Part shown: in pieces, positions 51,129 to 64,000 of the stretch
How positions within the stretch are numbered: position 1 is the first letter of the stretch
Layout of the letters: each line of letters begins with the position of its first letter
Source: Eledone cirrhosa
Lineage: Eukaryota
Direction: 5' to 3'
DNA: 64,000 nt
Assembly (NCBI GenBank): GCA_964016885.1
Contig: OZ024741.1
Coordinates: 109,244,001 to 109,308,000, forward strand
The notes under the pieces: model-generated
What the model was told of the DNA's origin: nothing
The model's input: the letters and a program-made list of their open reading frames with translations, nothing else
The model's database searches: none
Position numbers and translations under genes: made by a program

Positions 51129-54100
51129 TTTCTTTATTAGCCACAGGGGCACAAAAGAAGGGGACAAATACAAAGGCGGAAGTTTACATACAATAAAAAC
51201 GTGTAAAATGTTATCACAAATGCAATTTAAAAAATTAGTCTATTTTCCCCAATAGGGGGAGACAGTTCATATGGGTAACACATACCCCCGAAAAAATGTG
51301 CAACCCTCATCTCCAGGAGTACGAAGAGTTTGTACTCCTTTCCTCTCCTCCTCCTTTTCCTCAACCTACAGGCTGATATAGATAGAAGGCCCATTCACTC
51401 GGGCCATTCTCGCCACTTTCACCCACCTTTCATAAAACTTGCTGGGGTACAGCACCTCTCTCTCCATCCTGATTCTTCTTCCAAAGTGGTATTTTAAAAA
51501 AAGAATCAGTTGTTGGCCGGAGAGAAAGGTGTCTGACCTCAGCCCTTTCAACCTTGTCCACCATACAACCTCTTTCGCCATAGCTATCACACAAAGGAAA
51601 ACCGCCTCTCCTTCGTTTTTGAAGGAGGGTGGCGGTTTGATCATGACAATGGACTCGGTGGTCAACTGGATTGGTCCCACCCGCGACAATAGTCGTTCTA
51701 CATAGCCCCACAGGTCGGTGACGCCCGGGCAGTGTATGAATGCGTGCGCGACGGTTTCTTCGTCTCGCACGCACCTCGGACTGATTTTTTTTGCAGGGTC
51801 CCTCCCCGGGCGCCCATGTCTGTAGAGCTTGTCACGAACTGGTAGAGCTCCTCGGTAGCACTGCCAGGCCAGGGACTTTTGGAAGTTGTCCATCGGTCTC
51901 GGGAAGAAGGTCCTACCGAACAGACTGGCCATTTCATCTTCCTCTACGCCTAGAGTTTCACCGAACACGTCGTCGCACTTGCTGCGGATCAACCCTCTAT
52001 AGAATGAGGAAGTGGAGTTTCCACTGATCGCAGGGTCCGCCTGCCAGAGAGCTGTGAGCGCATGAGCACATTCGATGTGCCAGTCGCCCATTTTTCCTCG
52101 GTCTTTGCTTGACTCAGGACTGCAGCTCGGTCAGCGAGACGAGTCGAGGGAAGACTAGCCTCACGAACGGGGCCCACACCGGTTGTCCGGTGAGGAATAC
52201 GTAGAGATGCCGCAGCCTGAGCGCGTGTTTGCGCATCGTCAACCACGGCATCCCCAGCCCTCCGTTAGAAGGGTGTTGGCAGCAGATGGATCTTCTCACC
52301 AAAGGAGCCCGCCTCTTCCAAAGGAATTGGAAGAGCGCGCGCTCCATTTTTGGTGAGCGTTTTGGCTGGACAAGGCACGACGGTCAAGCGGTAGTAGATT
52401 GCGGACCTGTATAAAAGTGTTCGCCACCTCCGCTAGACCTTTCAAGGATAGTTTGCACTCGGCCCACTTCTGGGTGAGTGCAAACACCTTGGCCGTCACC
52501 GCGTTCTAGTTCTTCTCCACCTGGAGGTCCGGACCAAACCAGACTCCCAGCAGCTTTACCGGTCCTTCCGTCCAGCGTCCGACGACGCCATCGGAAGGCA
52601 TCGGTTTGCCTCTCCACGATCCGAGTTGAAAACCGATGGACTTGTCCCGGTTCAGCTTCCCTTCTGTGAACCTTTCGTATTCCTTCAGTAAGTGCCGACA
52701 TCCTCGATTTGCGAGGCGCTCGACACCATTATTGTCACGTCGTCGGCGTAGGCCGACGCCGCTTTACGCAGTCCCGGTTCCAGAGGGATGCCCTGCAATA
52801 GCTCCAACTTCCGCAGTAGTGGCTCGAGAGTCAGTACGTACAGAAGGGAGGAGAGAGGGCATCCCTGTCGAATGGATCGCGTGATATCGAACGGCTCCGA
52901 GAGGTAGCCGTTCACCTTGACCCTTGAGCAGATGTTGCTGTTGTGCATTGCAGCAATCCAGCCCCTGAACACGGGTCCGAAGCCTGCGGCCTCGAGCACC
53001 GCATCCAGGTAACGATGGTCAACCCTATGGAAAGCCTTAGACTGATCCAAGTTGATCAGGGCCCCACCGAAGCCGAGTTTACACCCTACCCTCTCTATGA
53101 TGTATCGCATGAGGTGGAGGTTGTCGTGTATGGACCTGGTCGGGATTGCGCATGTCTGCGCTTCTCCCACCAGGTTTTCGACGACAAGCGCCAGCCTCTT
53201 TGCCAACGCCTTGGCCAAAATCTGTAACTCTGTGTTTAGCAGAGTTATGGCCCGGAAGTTGCCTATGTCATCCCCCTTATTCTCGTCATTCCTGACTTGT
53301 GTGATTACGCCCCCGGTCACAGAACTGGCAATTCTCCCGTTCTGTTGCCAGTTGCAATAGACCTCTTCCAGGAGACCGGAGAATAAGTCCGGCATTGCTA
53401 CGTAAAATTCGTAGGGTAGACCGTCGAGACCTGGAGATTTGCGTTTGCCGCATTGGCTCAGTGCGTCCCCTATCTCAGCGGCCGAAATCGGCTTTTCGCA
53501 GAACTTTGCCTCGCTGTCCGAGAGTCGCGGTAAGCTGTCGAGGTATGCACCAAAATCCGTAGCCCCTCCCGGCGCGCCGCTCCCCCCGAACAGTTGAGCA
53601 AAGTGCCACTGAAAGGCCGCACACATCTGCTTCGGCTCACGTATCACACGTCCGTTTTGGTCCTTCAAAGACCGAATCGTGGACTTGTTGCCACCTTTTG
53701 CCTCCGTCACTCGGGCCCAGCTAATAGCTTTGGCTCCCTCGTTTCCCAGATCACGTATTTTGCTTCTGACAACGCAGCCCTCGTGCTTTGCGTCGAAGAA
53801 CTGGTCCAAGGCCGTTCTCGTTGCTAGCACGCTGGCTACGTTGCCACTCCTAATTGCCTCTTCTACTTTATCTACCAGTTCCTTCTCGGTTCTATTTCTA
53901 TCTAACGCTAATTATTTACTAAAAACTAACGAGTCTAGTCTAACTGCCCTCTTGAGAGAGTACCACCTTCTGTTGTTGACAATGACCCCTGTCAAGTGCT
54001 GTTTAACTAAAGTGCTAATCCGTCTACTGTAGGCTTTGCATGTCGGTAACGACAAGTTCAGCTTCCAGTAGCCGGGTCCTTGTCTATGGGTTCTATCAAG

Positions 54101-55592
54101 GTTGACCATGCAGGTCACTAGTTTGTGAACTGAATAGGCAACCATGAACATTTGTGGACAGCTTAACATCTCCCTATCCTTATTTCTAACTAGAACCCTA
54201 TCTAAGTACGATCTAGATGTTCCGCTACGATTAGTCCACGTCCACAGTGGCACAGTCGGAAAATCTAGTCGATATCTATCGGCCAGGTCAAATCGTCCGA
54301 TTAACTGTTTGAGGCTGTTACACCTCCCTTTTTCGGGACATGCCCAACATAGTCCCAACTTGCATCTAGGAATCCATTCCAGTCCCCCACTAAAAGCAAG
54401 GAGCGGGAGGTTCCCAGAAAAGTCTTTAGACGTTTGAAGAAGTCTGGCCGCGGTGTCCCGGATGGGGCATATACGGCCACCAGCCTGAAGGCTCCACCTT
54501 CACTACCGTCAACGTCTAGGACCACCAGTCGATCCTCCGGGTCCAGATATACCGTCTGTGTTACGAGGCCCAGGTCTTTCCGCAGCAAAACGGCAACCCC
54601 TCCCCCACCCCCCGGCCGATAGAAAGATGCGTAGATCTCAAAGTAATCGAAGATGGGGCTAGCTGTCGCTCGCAGTGGATCGTGGACTCGCAAATGGCTA
54701 CTACATCCATACTGTGCGACCTGAGGTCGTTTAAGAGTTTGCCCTGTTTCCAGGGCAGCCCCAGGCCGCGTACATTCACATATCCAACTCTTATATTGGC
54801 CATGTTGGTTCTGAAAAGTTAAAAGAGGAGAAAAAAACACTCACCTCTTCGTCTCACGGGGATCAGGCCGCACGGTTTCCATGAGGGTGTTAGAGGGGTT
54901 GTCTGCGTGGGTGGTGGTTTCCGGCGGGGTGGGAACGGAGATATTTGGCGGGGTGGGGGTGTCTGAGGTGAGGGTGGGGAAACTTTTTTAAAGGACGCGG
55001 TTAATGGGTTTAACACAAGGATTACCCACGTCCTTAGGAAAGTTTTCCTTTAAAGACTTATAGGTGTCCGTAGGGATCCTAATCATCTTTAAATTAGGTT
55101 TGTCTACACAGTTCAAAAAAGTTTTCCCTTCGGTGAAAACCGAAGGGTCGTTGGATATGACCTCCATTAAAGTTTTGTTTTTACTGTTTATGTATGTGTA
55201 ATGTTCTTGTTGTGTTGCGGTGATTTTTGTCTGTTGTTCTTGTGGGAGCTTTCGTTTTGTTGTAGGTGTTTGTGTTTTGAGTGATGTCGTGGTTTTGTTT
55301 TCGGGACGAGGGTTTTTTTGTTTGTAATGTTTGTGTTGTTTGTGTTGGTGGTTGTATGTTTTTAGTGATGTTTGTTTTTTTTGTGTTCTTGTGGTGTCTT
55401 TTCTTCTTTCTTTTCGAACGGAGAGGCTCTCCCTCATCGTCACTTGGTGATGATGTGGGGGCCTCGTCCGTTACGGTGTCTGTGTTATTTGGAAGGGGTA
55501 TGTTTTGGAGAGCTGTTGTGTTTGTGGGTGTTTTTGCAGTGGTTTTAGGTGGAGTGGGCTGGGTGGGACTGTGCTTGCAGGTTTGTTTGTTG
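51129..55592 (-). mobile_element. 5'-truncated, frameshifted Tx1 LINE of a related subfamily, in tandem with the first
   Basis: Fragments 54561-54803, 54301-54840, 53912-54358, 52685-53830 (YADD), 52114-52499 and 51366-52091 align to ORF2; ORF1 tail at 54819-55443. The 5' end lies in (ATAG)n. Confidence 0.92.
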
Positions 55593-55636
<44 letters not shown>

Positions 55637-56360
55637 GATTCATACACATACATATATCATCTTGTTTGATGATCCTGTGAGTGCACAGGTGAAACTCCAG
55701 AGTAGGAAGTAGCATCACTTAGTCATAATAAAAAAATATTGACCTCTGCTTCGGTATTGAGTACTCATTCTCGCGTCCATCAATACCGCACAAATGTTTA
55801 AGTATATACGCATAGTTTAACTGGTGTCCAAAACGGAGCAGAGGTAATCAACATTGCGTAAAATATGTATATAAGTTTGAAAACTTGTTGTATATAGACA
55901 TGCAGGTACGCTAAAATACACGTATTTCTCTATAAAGTGGAGCAATACGTATATTTGGCACTCTTACATAAGTATATATTTAAATGTGGCAATTTATATA
56001 TACATTTACGTCGTCTCTGTTACCTTTATTCTGTATATATATAGATATAAGTTTATGTTATATATAAAATGAACGTACGTGGAGATAATGGATGTTTACG
56101 TGAATCCTTTAGAGAAACGAATTGTGTTATAGGTAAATAAGTAACACAATTCTGCTTGAATACCTCAATCAATATCCACGTGTATATGAGACGAATGTGT
56201 ATTGGTACACACATACACATGTTTACAAGCAGGTGCAGGCATATATGCACACCCACACATCAGTACATGTTTTCGTTCCCGTACATACAAAGATGTATAA
56301 AGACATACTCGTCACACACAATGTCAAATGAAGGAGGCTGTGGCATATGTACAGTCAATG

Positions 56361-56461
<101 letters not shown>

Positions 56462-57689
56462 GTTAGAGTTAGGGTTATATATACGTATATATGGCAGGTA
56501 CAATACGGGTGCGCTTATACATTAATAAACTGTCATATATCACGTGCAGATCCTAAACAATGCTGACTCAATATATACGTCTAGACACATTTTCACACAA
56601 TCTTACGTATACATACAGGCTGCCGAAATAAATGCATATATGTACTAGCATATATACAAATGCATACACATGCATGTAAAAAGATTTGTACAGCTCTCTG
56701 CGCTCTGTGTTCAAATCCCGCTTAAGTCAACTTTGCCTTTCATCCTAACAAAGTCTATAAAAAAGGTACCTGTGTAGTGCTGGAGTCGACTCTTCCTCTA
56801 CGTTCTTTCTCACCCACTCTCTCTCTCTCTATGGAAGAAATCAACTGTATTCAGATCTGGAGAGGAAATGGTCTGCGACCAAGAAACCCCGTGAGGGCGC
56901 CCTCCCGACTCTGTCATGAGGAACGGGTACATAAACACTGTAACTGTATAGGAAAACCATGGTATATATACTTATGGATATTTACGTTCTAAGTTCAGCT
57001 CCTTTCGAGGTCAATTTTGCCTTTCGTCGGTTTCAGTGCATCTCGATGAAACGGGTTATTCAAGAGTTTAGATTTTGGAACCAAACAAAATGCAGTAGCG
57101 GTATGGTAACATGATACGAACAACACCAGCTATTTGATTCAGCTAGTATCATATCGGCTAGGTCTACCACAAAAGGGTTAATTTTGTGAAATATTAGTCA
57201 CAGCTTCTCTGGAAAGTTTACAAAATGTCTGACTAAAATCTTGCAACATCTTTACAATAAATGTGTTCATTAAAAGAATAAGTGTGGATATTCGTCGGAG
57301 CTAGAAACTGTAGGGGAAATTGAAAGTGTAAGGAACATAGCAACCAACACAAGAACAGCTTGTCTTAGTAAATGATTTATTATTCAGATATAAACATTCC
57401 ATCAATATAGCATTCAGGCGAAAGGTTTACCGGCAGCTAAATGCATCGTAATAATTGTGGTCGTGTAAAATCGCTCCATGCGGAATCTTTCTATTATTTG
57501 AATAATTAAGATCGATACTTTCACCATGTCAACAGTCTTGCTTCTATGAACATGATGCAAATTGATGGTGGTATCCATATTTATATGTTTATGCTTATAT
57601 GTATATACACACATACACACATACACACACACACATATATATGTGTAAATATATATGTACATATATATATATATATATGTATATATGTG

Positions 57690-57722
<33 letters not shown>

Positions 57723-57758
57723 ATGTACATATATATATATGTGTGTATGTGTGTGTCT

Positions 57759-57840
<82 letters not shown>

Positions 57841-58029
57841 GTATATATACATATGTTTTTTATACGTATACATGTTTGTGTATATATAGGGAGAGAGATA
57901 AAGAGAGATAGAGTGAGAAGTATGTTTATATGTGTGTTTATATTAATGTATGTGTATGTGTGCGTGTGTGTGAGGACAATAACATCTTAAAGAAGAAGCC
58001 TAGCAATCATTCACCTGTGAAATTAGCCT

Positions 58030-58790
58030 TTACCATGGGGCGTTAATGTTATCATTGGGTGTTTTAACCTTTAATAGCAAGATCCCCTTATTGGTGGATC
58101 AGCAATGGAGGCCAAATTACTGCTCGTCTTCTGCTGGTTTCCAGCCTATCACCTTACCTCTGCTTCCTATATATATATATATGTACTACAGCATTTTCAG
58201 ATTCATTAAAAGCAATCTTACCGCATCTTCCTTTTCGCCGGTTAACAAAAGATGCGTTCAGGCTTTAGGTAGAAGGGTCTGATCGGAAAATATATTGTAA
58301 TCTCCATCAAACGTCGGAGAAATAGTGGTGATAAGCCTGCTGCTTGTCCCGGGCGGATATGGATAGATGCCCAACGGTTGCGTTCCCTAAGATCCCAAAG
58401 AAGGTCCAGAAAGGATTTACATTTACAATCGGAAACGAAATTATAACCCTTCAATATAAGGAGCAAGAACCAATAGAGGTGGGCAGATTTTACTTGCTAG
58501 ATATAGTCGGGGTTTCCTCAATAAAATTCCGTGGCTATGGTACAGCAAATCTGGATAATGGATAGAAGCTCCGCTATTCATACATGGTGTCAGAAAGGAC
58601 TGCAATGTGGGAATGAGATTAGTCACAATTACGGAATAGATATCATTGAGAGGGTTGATCTGCCTCTTGAAATTGCCATTAAAACCTAATCGTCTAATCA
58701 TTAGTGAAAATTTATTCAAATGAGGATTATTTGATACATGAAAGAAAATCGGGGTTGGGAAAATATGGATATTACAAAATACCAATAACT
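58030..58790 (-). pseudogene. Possible decayed Penelope-like RT fragment
   Basis: GFNGNFKRQIN and SFLDLLWDL...SIHIRP resemble the PLE RT motifs FNG..Y.Q..G and FLDL.I...Y.KP. Confidence 0.4.
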
Positions 58791-59317
58791 ATGACAATTA
58801 AAGTAGTAAAGGATTGGTGTTGTAGAAGACGGCTGCCTTCCAGTTTGCAAAATTGAGCATCAATAGATCAGATATGACCTTCCATTAGATTCTGATGCCA
58901 ATACATCCTTTAGATTATATTTCAAAAATTACCTTTAGGCAATTCTGTGGAAAATACTTCATAGAACACATTTTCCATTGCCGCAGTAACATTTTCAAAA
59001 TAAATACTGTTTAGTGATTCTAATTTCAGGTATACTACTTAAGAGACCGGTCTAGACACTTATATGTACTTTTAAAAAAAAAGGAGGTGGTAGGTGTAAA
59101 GACTATTGATTCCAGCCATCCAAATATGTTTATTGACGTTAATATTACAACTGACAGTTCAAATTTCGCTCAAGTACCTTTCGTATTAAATGTTACGTTG
59201 TTTCCTACCTTCTTTTTCACCCATATAAAACTGGCGATAGAAGTTAACACTTTGTGCATCTTTTACAATTCCTTACCTCAGTTGAAAGACTATGAATTTT
59301 TTTTGTTTTTACCGTTC

Positions 59318-59645
59318 CGCGGTGGCAAAGACCTCGTCTGGGATGCCACTTGCAGCGACACTTTCTCCAGCCACAACCTGGTACAGTCTATGACTAACTC
59401 AGGTTCTGCTGCACGTCGGGCTGAGGAGGCCAAACTCTCCAAGTACCGGTCGCTCTCCGACAGGTTTGCGGTCGTGCCCTTGGCAGTGGAGACTTCTGGT
59501 GTCCTTGGCCCTAGGGCTACCTCCCTACTCACAAGGCGCTGAGCTGGCCAGCCGCAGGTGTGAGCCTCGCGAGTTGGAATGGCTCTTCCAGCGCATCTCC
59601 CTTACCATCCTCCGGGGAAACGCCTTCTCCAATCTGTCTGCCGGG
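59318..59645 (+). mobile_element. CRE-like non-LTR retrotransposon 3' fragment (restriction-like endonuclease)
   Basis: GKDLVWDATCSDT..AARRAEEAK..KY..L...PLAVETSGVLG and LFQRISLTILRGNA. Confidence 0.8.
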
Positions 59646-60132
59646 GCTGTGGGAAGGCTAACACGTGGGACCCCATTTGCTCTCAATACAGAGAGATGGG
59701 GAGAGCGAGAGTGATGGAAGCGATGACAGTGGGAATTCAGCTCTTCCACTTTCGGACCATATCCTTGTGGTTGTTTTTAATGTGGTTGTGAAATTTAATT
59801 GTTTTATTGTTTTATTGATTTTGTTTCAGTTGACCCCGGATATTGTTTATTTCTTCTTTCCTGTGTCTCTTGGTTTTCTCCATCCCTGCCTAATGATCTC
59901 ATCCTAATTTTCTATATACGAAATTCATCCAGTATTATATTCTTGTCTCTGCCTTGTACATTTTTATCCCATGCATTATTCTCTCTGGTGGATATTTCAT
60001 ACTTAAAGGTTATATGAGGCAAGCAGATTCTATGTAAAAATGCAAACTTTTATCTGAGATTCGTGCAATCGCTGATGACAAGGATGTACTTTTCGTTCTC
60101 TTTCTTTAGATTGGCTTTTGAGGTGGCTCTGC

Positions 60133-60170
<38 letters not shown>

Positions 60171-60358
60171 CTATATAACATATATATGTGTGTGTGTATA
60201 TGTATGTATATATAACACATAAATGCTAAAATGTTAATACTAAGAATTTTCCTTGTCACGTTTCACTTCGACTGACAAATATGTGACTTCTAACAAGTAT
60301 AGAAGACATATTTCGTAGATTCATACTGAGAATATACACACTCACCTCTCTGTCTCTT

Positions 60359-60392
<34 letters not shown>

Positions 60393-61145
60393 TCTCTCTC
60401 GTTTTATTATTCGGCTGGAAAACGAAGTTCTTGAGATAAGTAGATTTTACAGCGTATAGATTAGTGGATGATCATGATATATATATGTATATATATATAT
60501 ATGTGTGTGTGTGTGGTATCTGTATTTATTTACGTATATCTATTATATATACATTTATATATATGTGTGTGCTTGTGCATGTGTGTGTGCGCGCGTGTGT
60601 GAGAGTGTGTATGCGTGTGTTTATGTGACTATATGTGTAGGCTAAGGCTTCCGTATATCTTTGCAAACGCTTATCTCAGGCACTAGAAATGATTATGATG
60701 GTTGAATGGTTTCCTACAGGAAAAGAAAAAAAAGATATATACTATTAAGTATGGGAGAGTTTGAGAATACGATATATTGTTAGAAGACACTCTACGGATT
60801 GGAAGCTATTTAAAGAGGTAGAAGGAAACGATTGGAAATACGGGTGAGAGGAGCTGAAATGTGTAGGGAAGGTTTGGGTTAGACAGTGTACTGCTGCAAG
60901 TGAGGGGGAGAGAGAGGGGGAAGGAAAGAAAGAATGAGAAACGATTGAAAGAATGGAAGAATAAATGCAAAAGTAAAGAAATATACGAAACTGTGAAACA
61001 ATGAACAAAATGTGAACCAATAAAAAGAACACCATTGAGTGGCTATGAGGTGTTTGGGGAGAGATTTAAAACAAAATATGTATGTGGCTTAGTTTGTCAT
61101 TCAAGCACAAAAAAAAAAATATATATATATATGTGTGTGTGTGTA

Positions 61146-61200
<55 letters not shown>

Positions 61201-61411
61201 GGGGGAGAGGGAGAGAGACATAATTACATAGATGCATATTTACATAGATACATACATACAGCCACACAATTACATAGATACGTATGTATATACTAGTTGG
61301 CCCGTCTAGCTGGCGCCCGGCTAGGTATACCTGCCCCCACCACTCCACTGCAAAGATACCACACACCCTCCTGTGTCACATTGTCCTTCCGACTCTCTCT
61401 CTCTCTCTCTC

Positions 61412-61611
61412 NNNNNNNNNNNNNNNNNNNNNNNNNNNNNNNNNNNNNNNNNNNNNNNNNNNNNNNNNNNNNNNNNNNNNNNNNNNNNNNNNNNNNNNNN
61501 NNNNNNNNNNNNNNNNNNNNNNNNNNNNNNNNNNNNNNNNNNNNNNNNNNNNNNNNNNNNNNNNNNNNNNNNNNNNNNNNNNNNNNNNNNNNNNNNNNNN
61601 NNNNNNNNNNN
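61412..61611. other. Assembly gap (200 N)
   Basis: N run following (CT)n. Confidence 0.99.
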
Positions 61612-61706
61612 CTCTGTATTTTATTTACTTTATTCTTAACTCTGAAGCCGAGAATCAATCGGTTTCCTAGTTAGAATTTTAGTCTACAAATTCAGTTATA
61701 CCATTT

Positions 61707-61938
61707 ACGTGGTTTTGTCTTTGCGTGCAATTGTTCTCCACGCTCCACATATGACGTATTATTTTCGTTTTCTCCGTTCATTGCCAGAGAACGTCTCTAT
61801 CAACCACCTAAGAGAATATTAGTCTACGACTTCTTCTATACCATAAACGTGGTTTTGTCTTTGCGTGTAATTGTTTTTCACCGCTCCAAATAATGACGTA
61901 TTATATTCGTTTTTTCCCGTTCTTTGCCAGGGAACGTT
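61707..61938. repeat. Diverged tandem duplication, period ~140 bp
   Basis: ACGTGGTTTTGTCTTTGCGTG...TGACGTATTAT...TTGCCAG.GAACGT occurs twice. Confidence 0.8.
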
Positions 61939-62093
61939 TCCACGAACGAAGTATCGTCTTCCTGTCTTCCTCTGGTTGCAACGTTTTTGGAAATATTCAC
62001 TTCTGCGTTCACAGATTGACTTTGTTAGTTTCAGAAGATCCCGTTAAGGGTGAAAGCAGCGATTCTTTGCTTAAACTTTAATCTGTTATTTTA

Positions 62094-62632
<539 letters not shown>

Positions 62633-63129
62633 GCAACTATGTAATTATGTGTCTACGTATGTATTTTGTATATAAACATACATAATATTTCTTTGATTAC
62701 TTTGTATGTTTATTTATGTTGTTATTATTGTTGTTCCATTATTGATATTGATTCCGTTGACATAGTTGCATAGAATAAGTACATTTGCTGATGCTGTGGT
62801 TGATGTTGGATTGTGTTATACAGGACTTTCATTGAATTTATGTAGAATTTATGAAAATTAGACTGCAGAATATAATAGAGAATGCTACTGACATTTACAA
62901 TTGTTGTGTATCAACTTTGTGATGTTATTGTTTGTTATCTTATTCTTCAGTGTTCGTTTCACCAACGATAGATTTAAATGTAGCTAAGAATGCTATTTTC
63001 TTACGAGGTCTGGAATATCGCTAAGGCCAAATGACAAATCCAGAATCCAATATCTCATCTAATTTATAAATATATTAAAAATTATTTTTAATATTTTCAA
63101 ATTGCGATTAACAAAAATACTTTGAAATT

Positions 63130-63430
63130 ATTCCAGATTTACCTCTTGTTGAATGTCTTGAACAACTTCCTCTTCTTCTTCTACTAACTCGTAACATTCT
63201 CCGAATTCCCCCTTTAGAAGACTACGACGAAAATATCGGACCTTTGTTAAATGTTTTCTGATTTCTTCCGTAAAAATACTTATCCATCTACTTATCCTAC
63301 TGTATCGTATACTTTGACTGGAAAACACGTTGTATCCAATCAACAAGGGTAAACAGCTGGATGAGAAAGGCAACGATACCACCTTAAAAATAAAATTCCT
63401 TGTCTCATTGTAAAATTTTTGTCACTATCG
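63130..63430 (-). pseudogene. Penelope-like RT thumb fragment
   Basis: KFYNETRNFIFKVVSLPFSSSCLPLLIGYNVFSSQSIRYSRI resembles the PLE motif YDKR..F.F.IV.FP...S..P...YGV..SQL.RY.RI. Confidence 0.6.
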
Positions 63431-63444
63431 GCTCATCGTTCTTT

Positions 63445-63965
63445 TTAATAACTGTTTCTACTTTTGGCAGCAATTATTCCAGTGCATTACTGGTACTTTA
63501 TTTATCGACCCTATAAGGATAAACGGCAAAGTTAACCTCGGCGGGATTTGAACTCAGAACATAAACGGACGCAACTCTATGCTGCGAAGCAGGGTGTCCG
63601 ACGCTCTACCGATTCTGCCAATCCATCGTTCTTTTTAATTGTTTCTACTTTGGCACAAGGCCAGCAATTACTCAGTGCATTACTGGTACTTTATTTTATC
63701 GACCGCGTAAAGATGAAAGGCAAAGCTAAGCTCGGCGGGATTTGAACTTAGAATGGCAAGGGCCGTAACTTTAATAATTGTTTCTACTTTAGGCACAAGG
63801 CCAGCAATTACCCAGTGCATTGCTGGTACTTTATTTTATCGACCTTGTAAGGATGAAAGGCAAAGTCAACCTCGGCGGGATTTGAACTCAGATCGTAAAG
63901 TGACGTAACTATGCTGGAAAGCATGGCGTCCGACCCTCCACCGATACTGCCAATCCACCGCCTTT
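63445..63965 (-). mobile_element. Head-to-tail stack of three SINE copies
   Basis: Repeated TTGTTTCTACTTT...GGATTTGAACT units starting at ~63450, ~63638 and ~63775. Confidence 0.85.
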
Positions 63966-64000
63966 AATAATGACGTCTGAATAGTGAACTCCCCTGGTAC

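Overview
AT-rich eukaryotic intergenic or intronic DNA, dense in (TA)n, (CA)n, (TACA)n and (GA)n microsatellites and made almost entirely of mobile elements. The repeat content suggests an octopus-like mollusc, which is my inference and not a search result. I found no convincing host gene. DNA transposons: a full-length decayed Buster/Charlie hAT (105-3639, TIRs plus 8-bp TSD), an internally deleted mariner with 103-bp TIRs, and a hAT MITE. Non-LTR retrotransposons: two tandem Tx1 LINEs in (TC/TATC)n, one with an open 1145-aa ORF2; a third deleted Tx1; and R4/Dong-like, RTE and CRE-like fragments. Many tRNA-derived SINE copies and a roughly 610-bp bipartite RTE-derived element are also present. 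The main signal not shown by the ORF track is about 17 minimal type-I hammerhead ribozyme (HHR) motifs, intact or decayed, from several unrelated sequence families. They lie in short non-coding units next to (TA)n tracts, very often as head-to-head palindromes with a ribozyme on each strand, and alongside Penelope-like (PLE) GIY-YIG/RT remnants. One group has an unusual C·A opposition at the base of a long stem II, supported by compensatory changes between copies.
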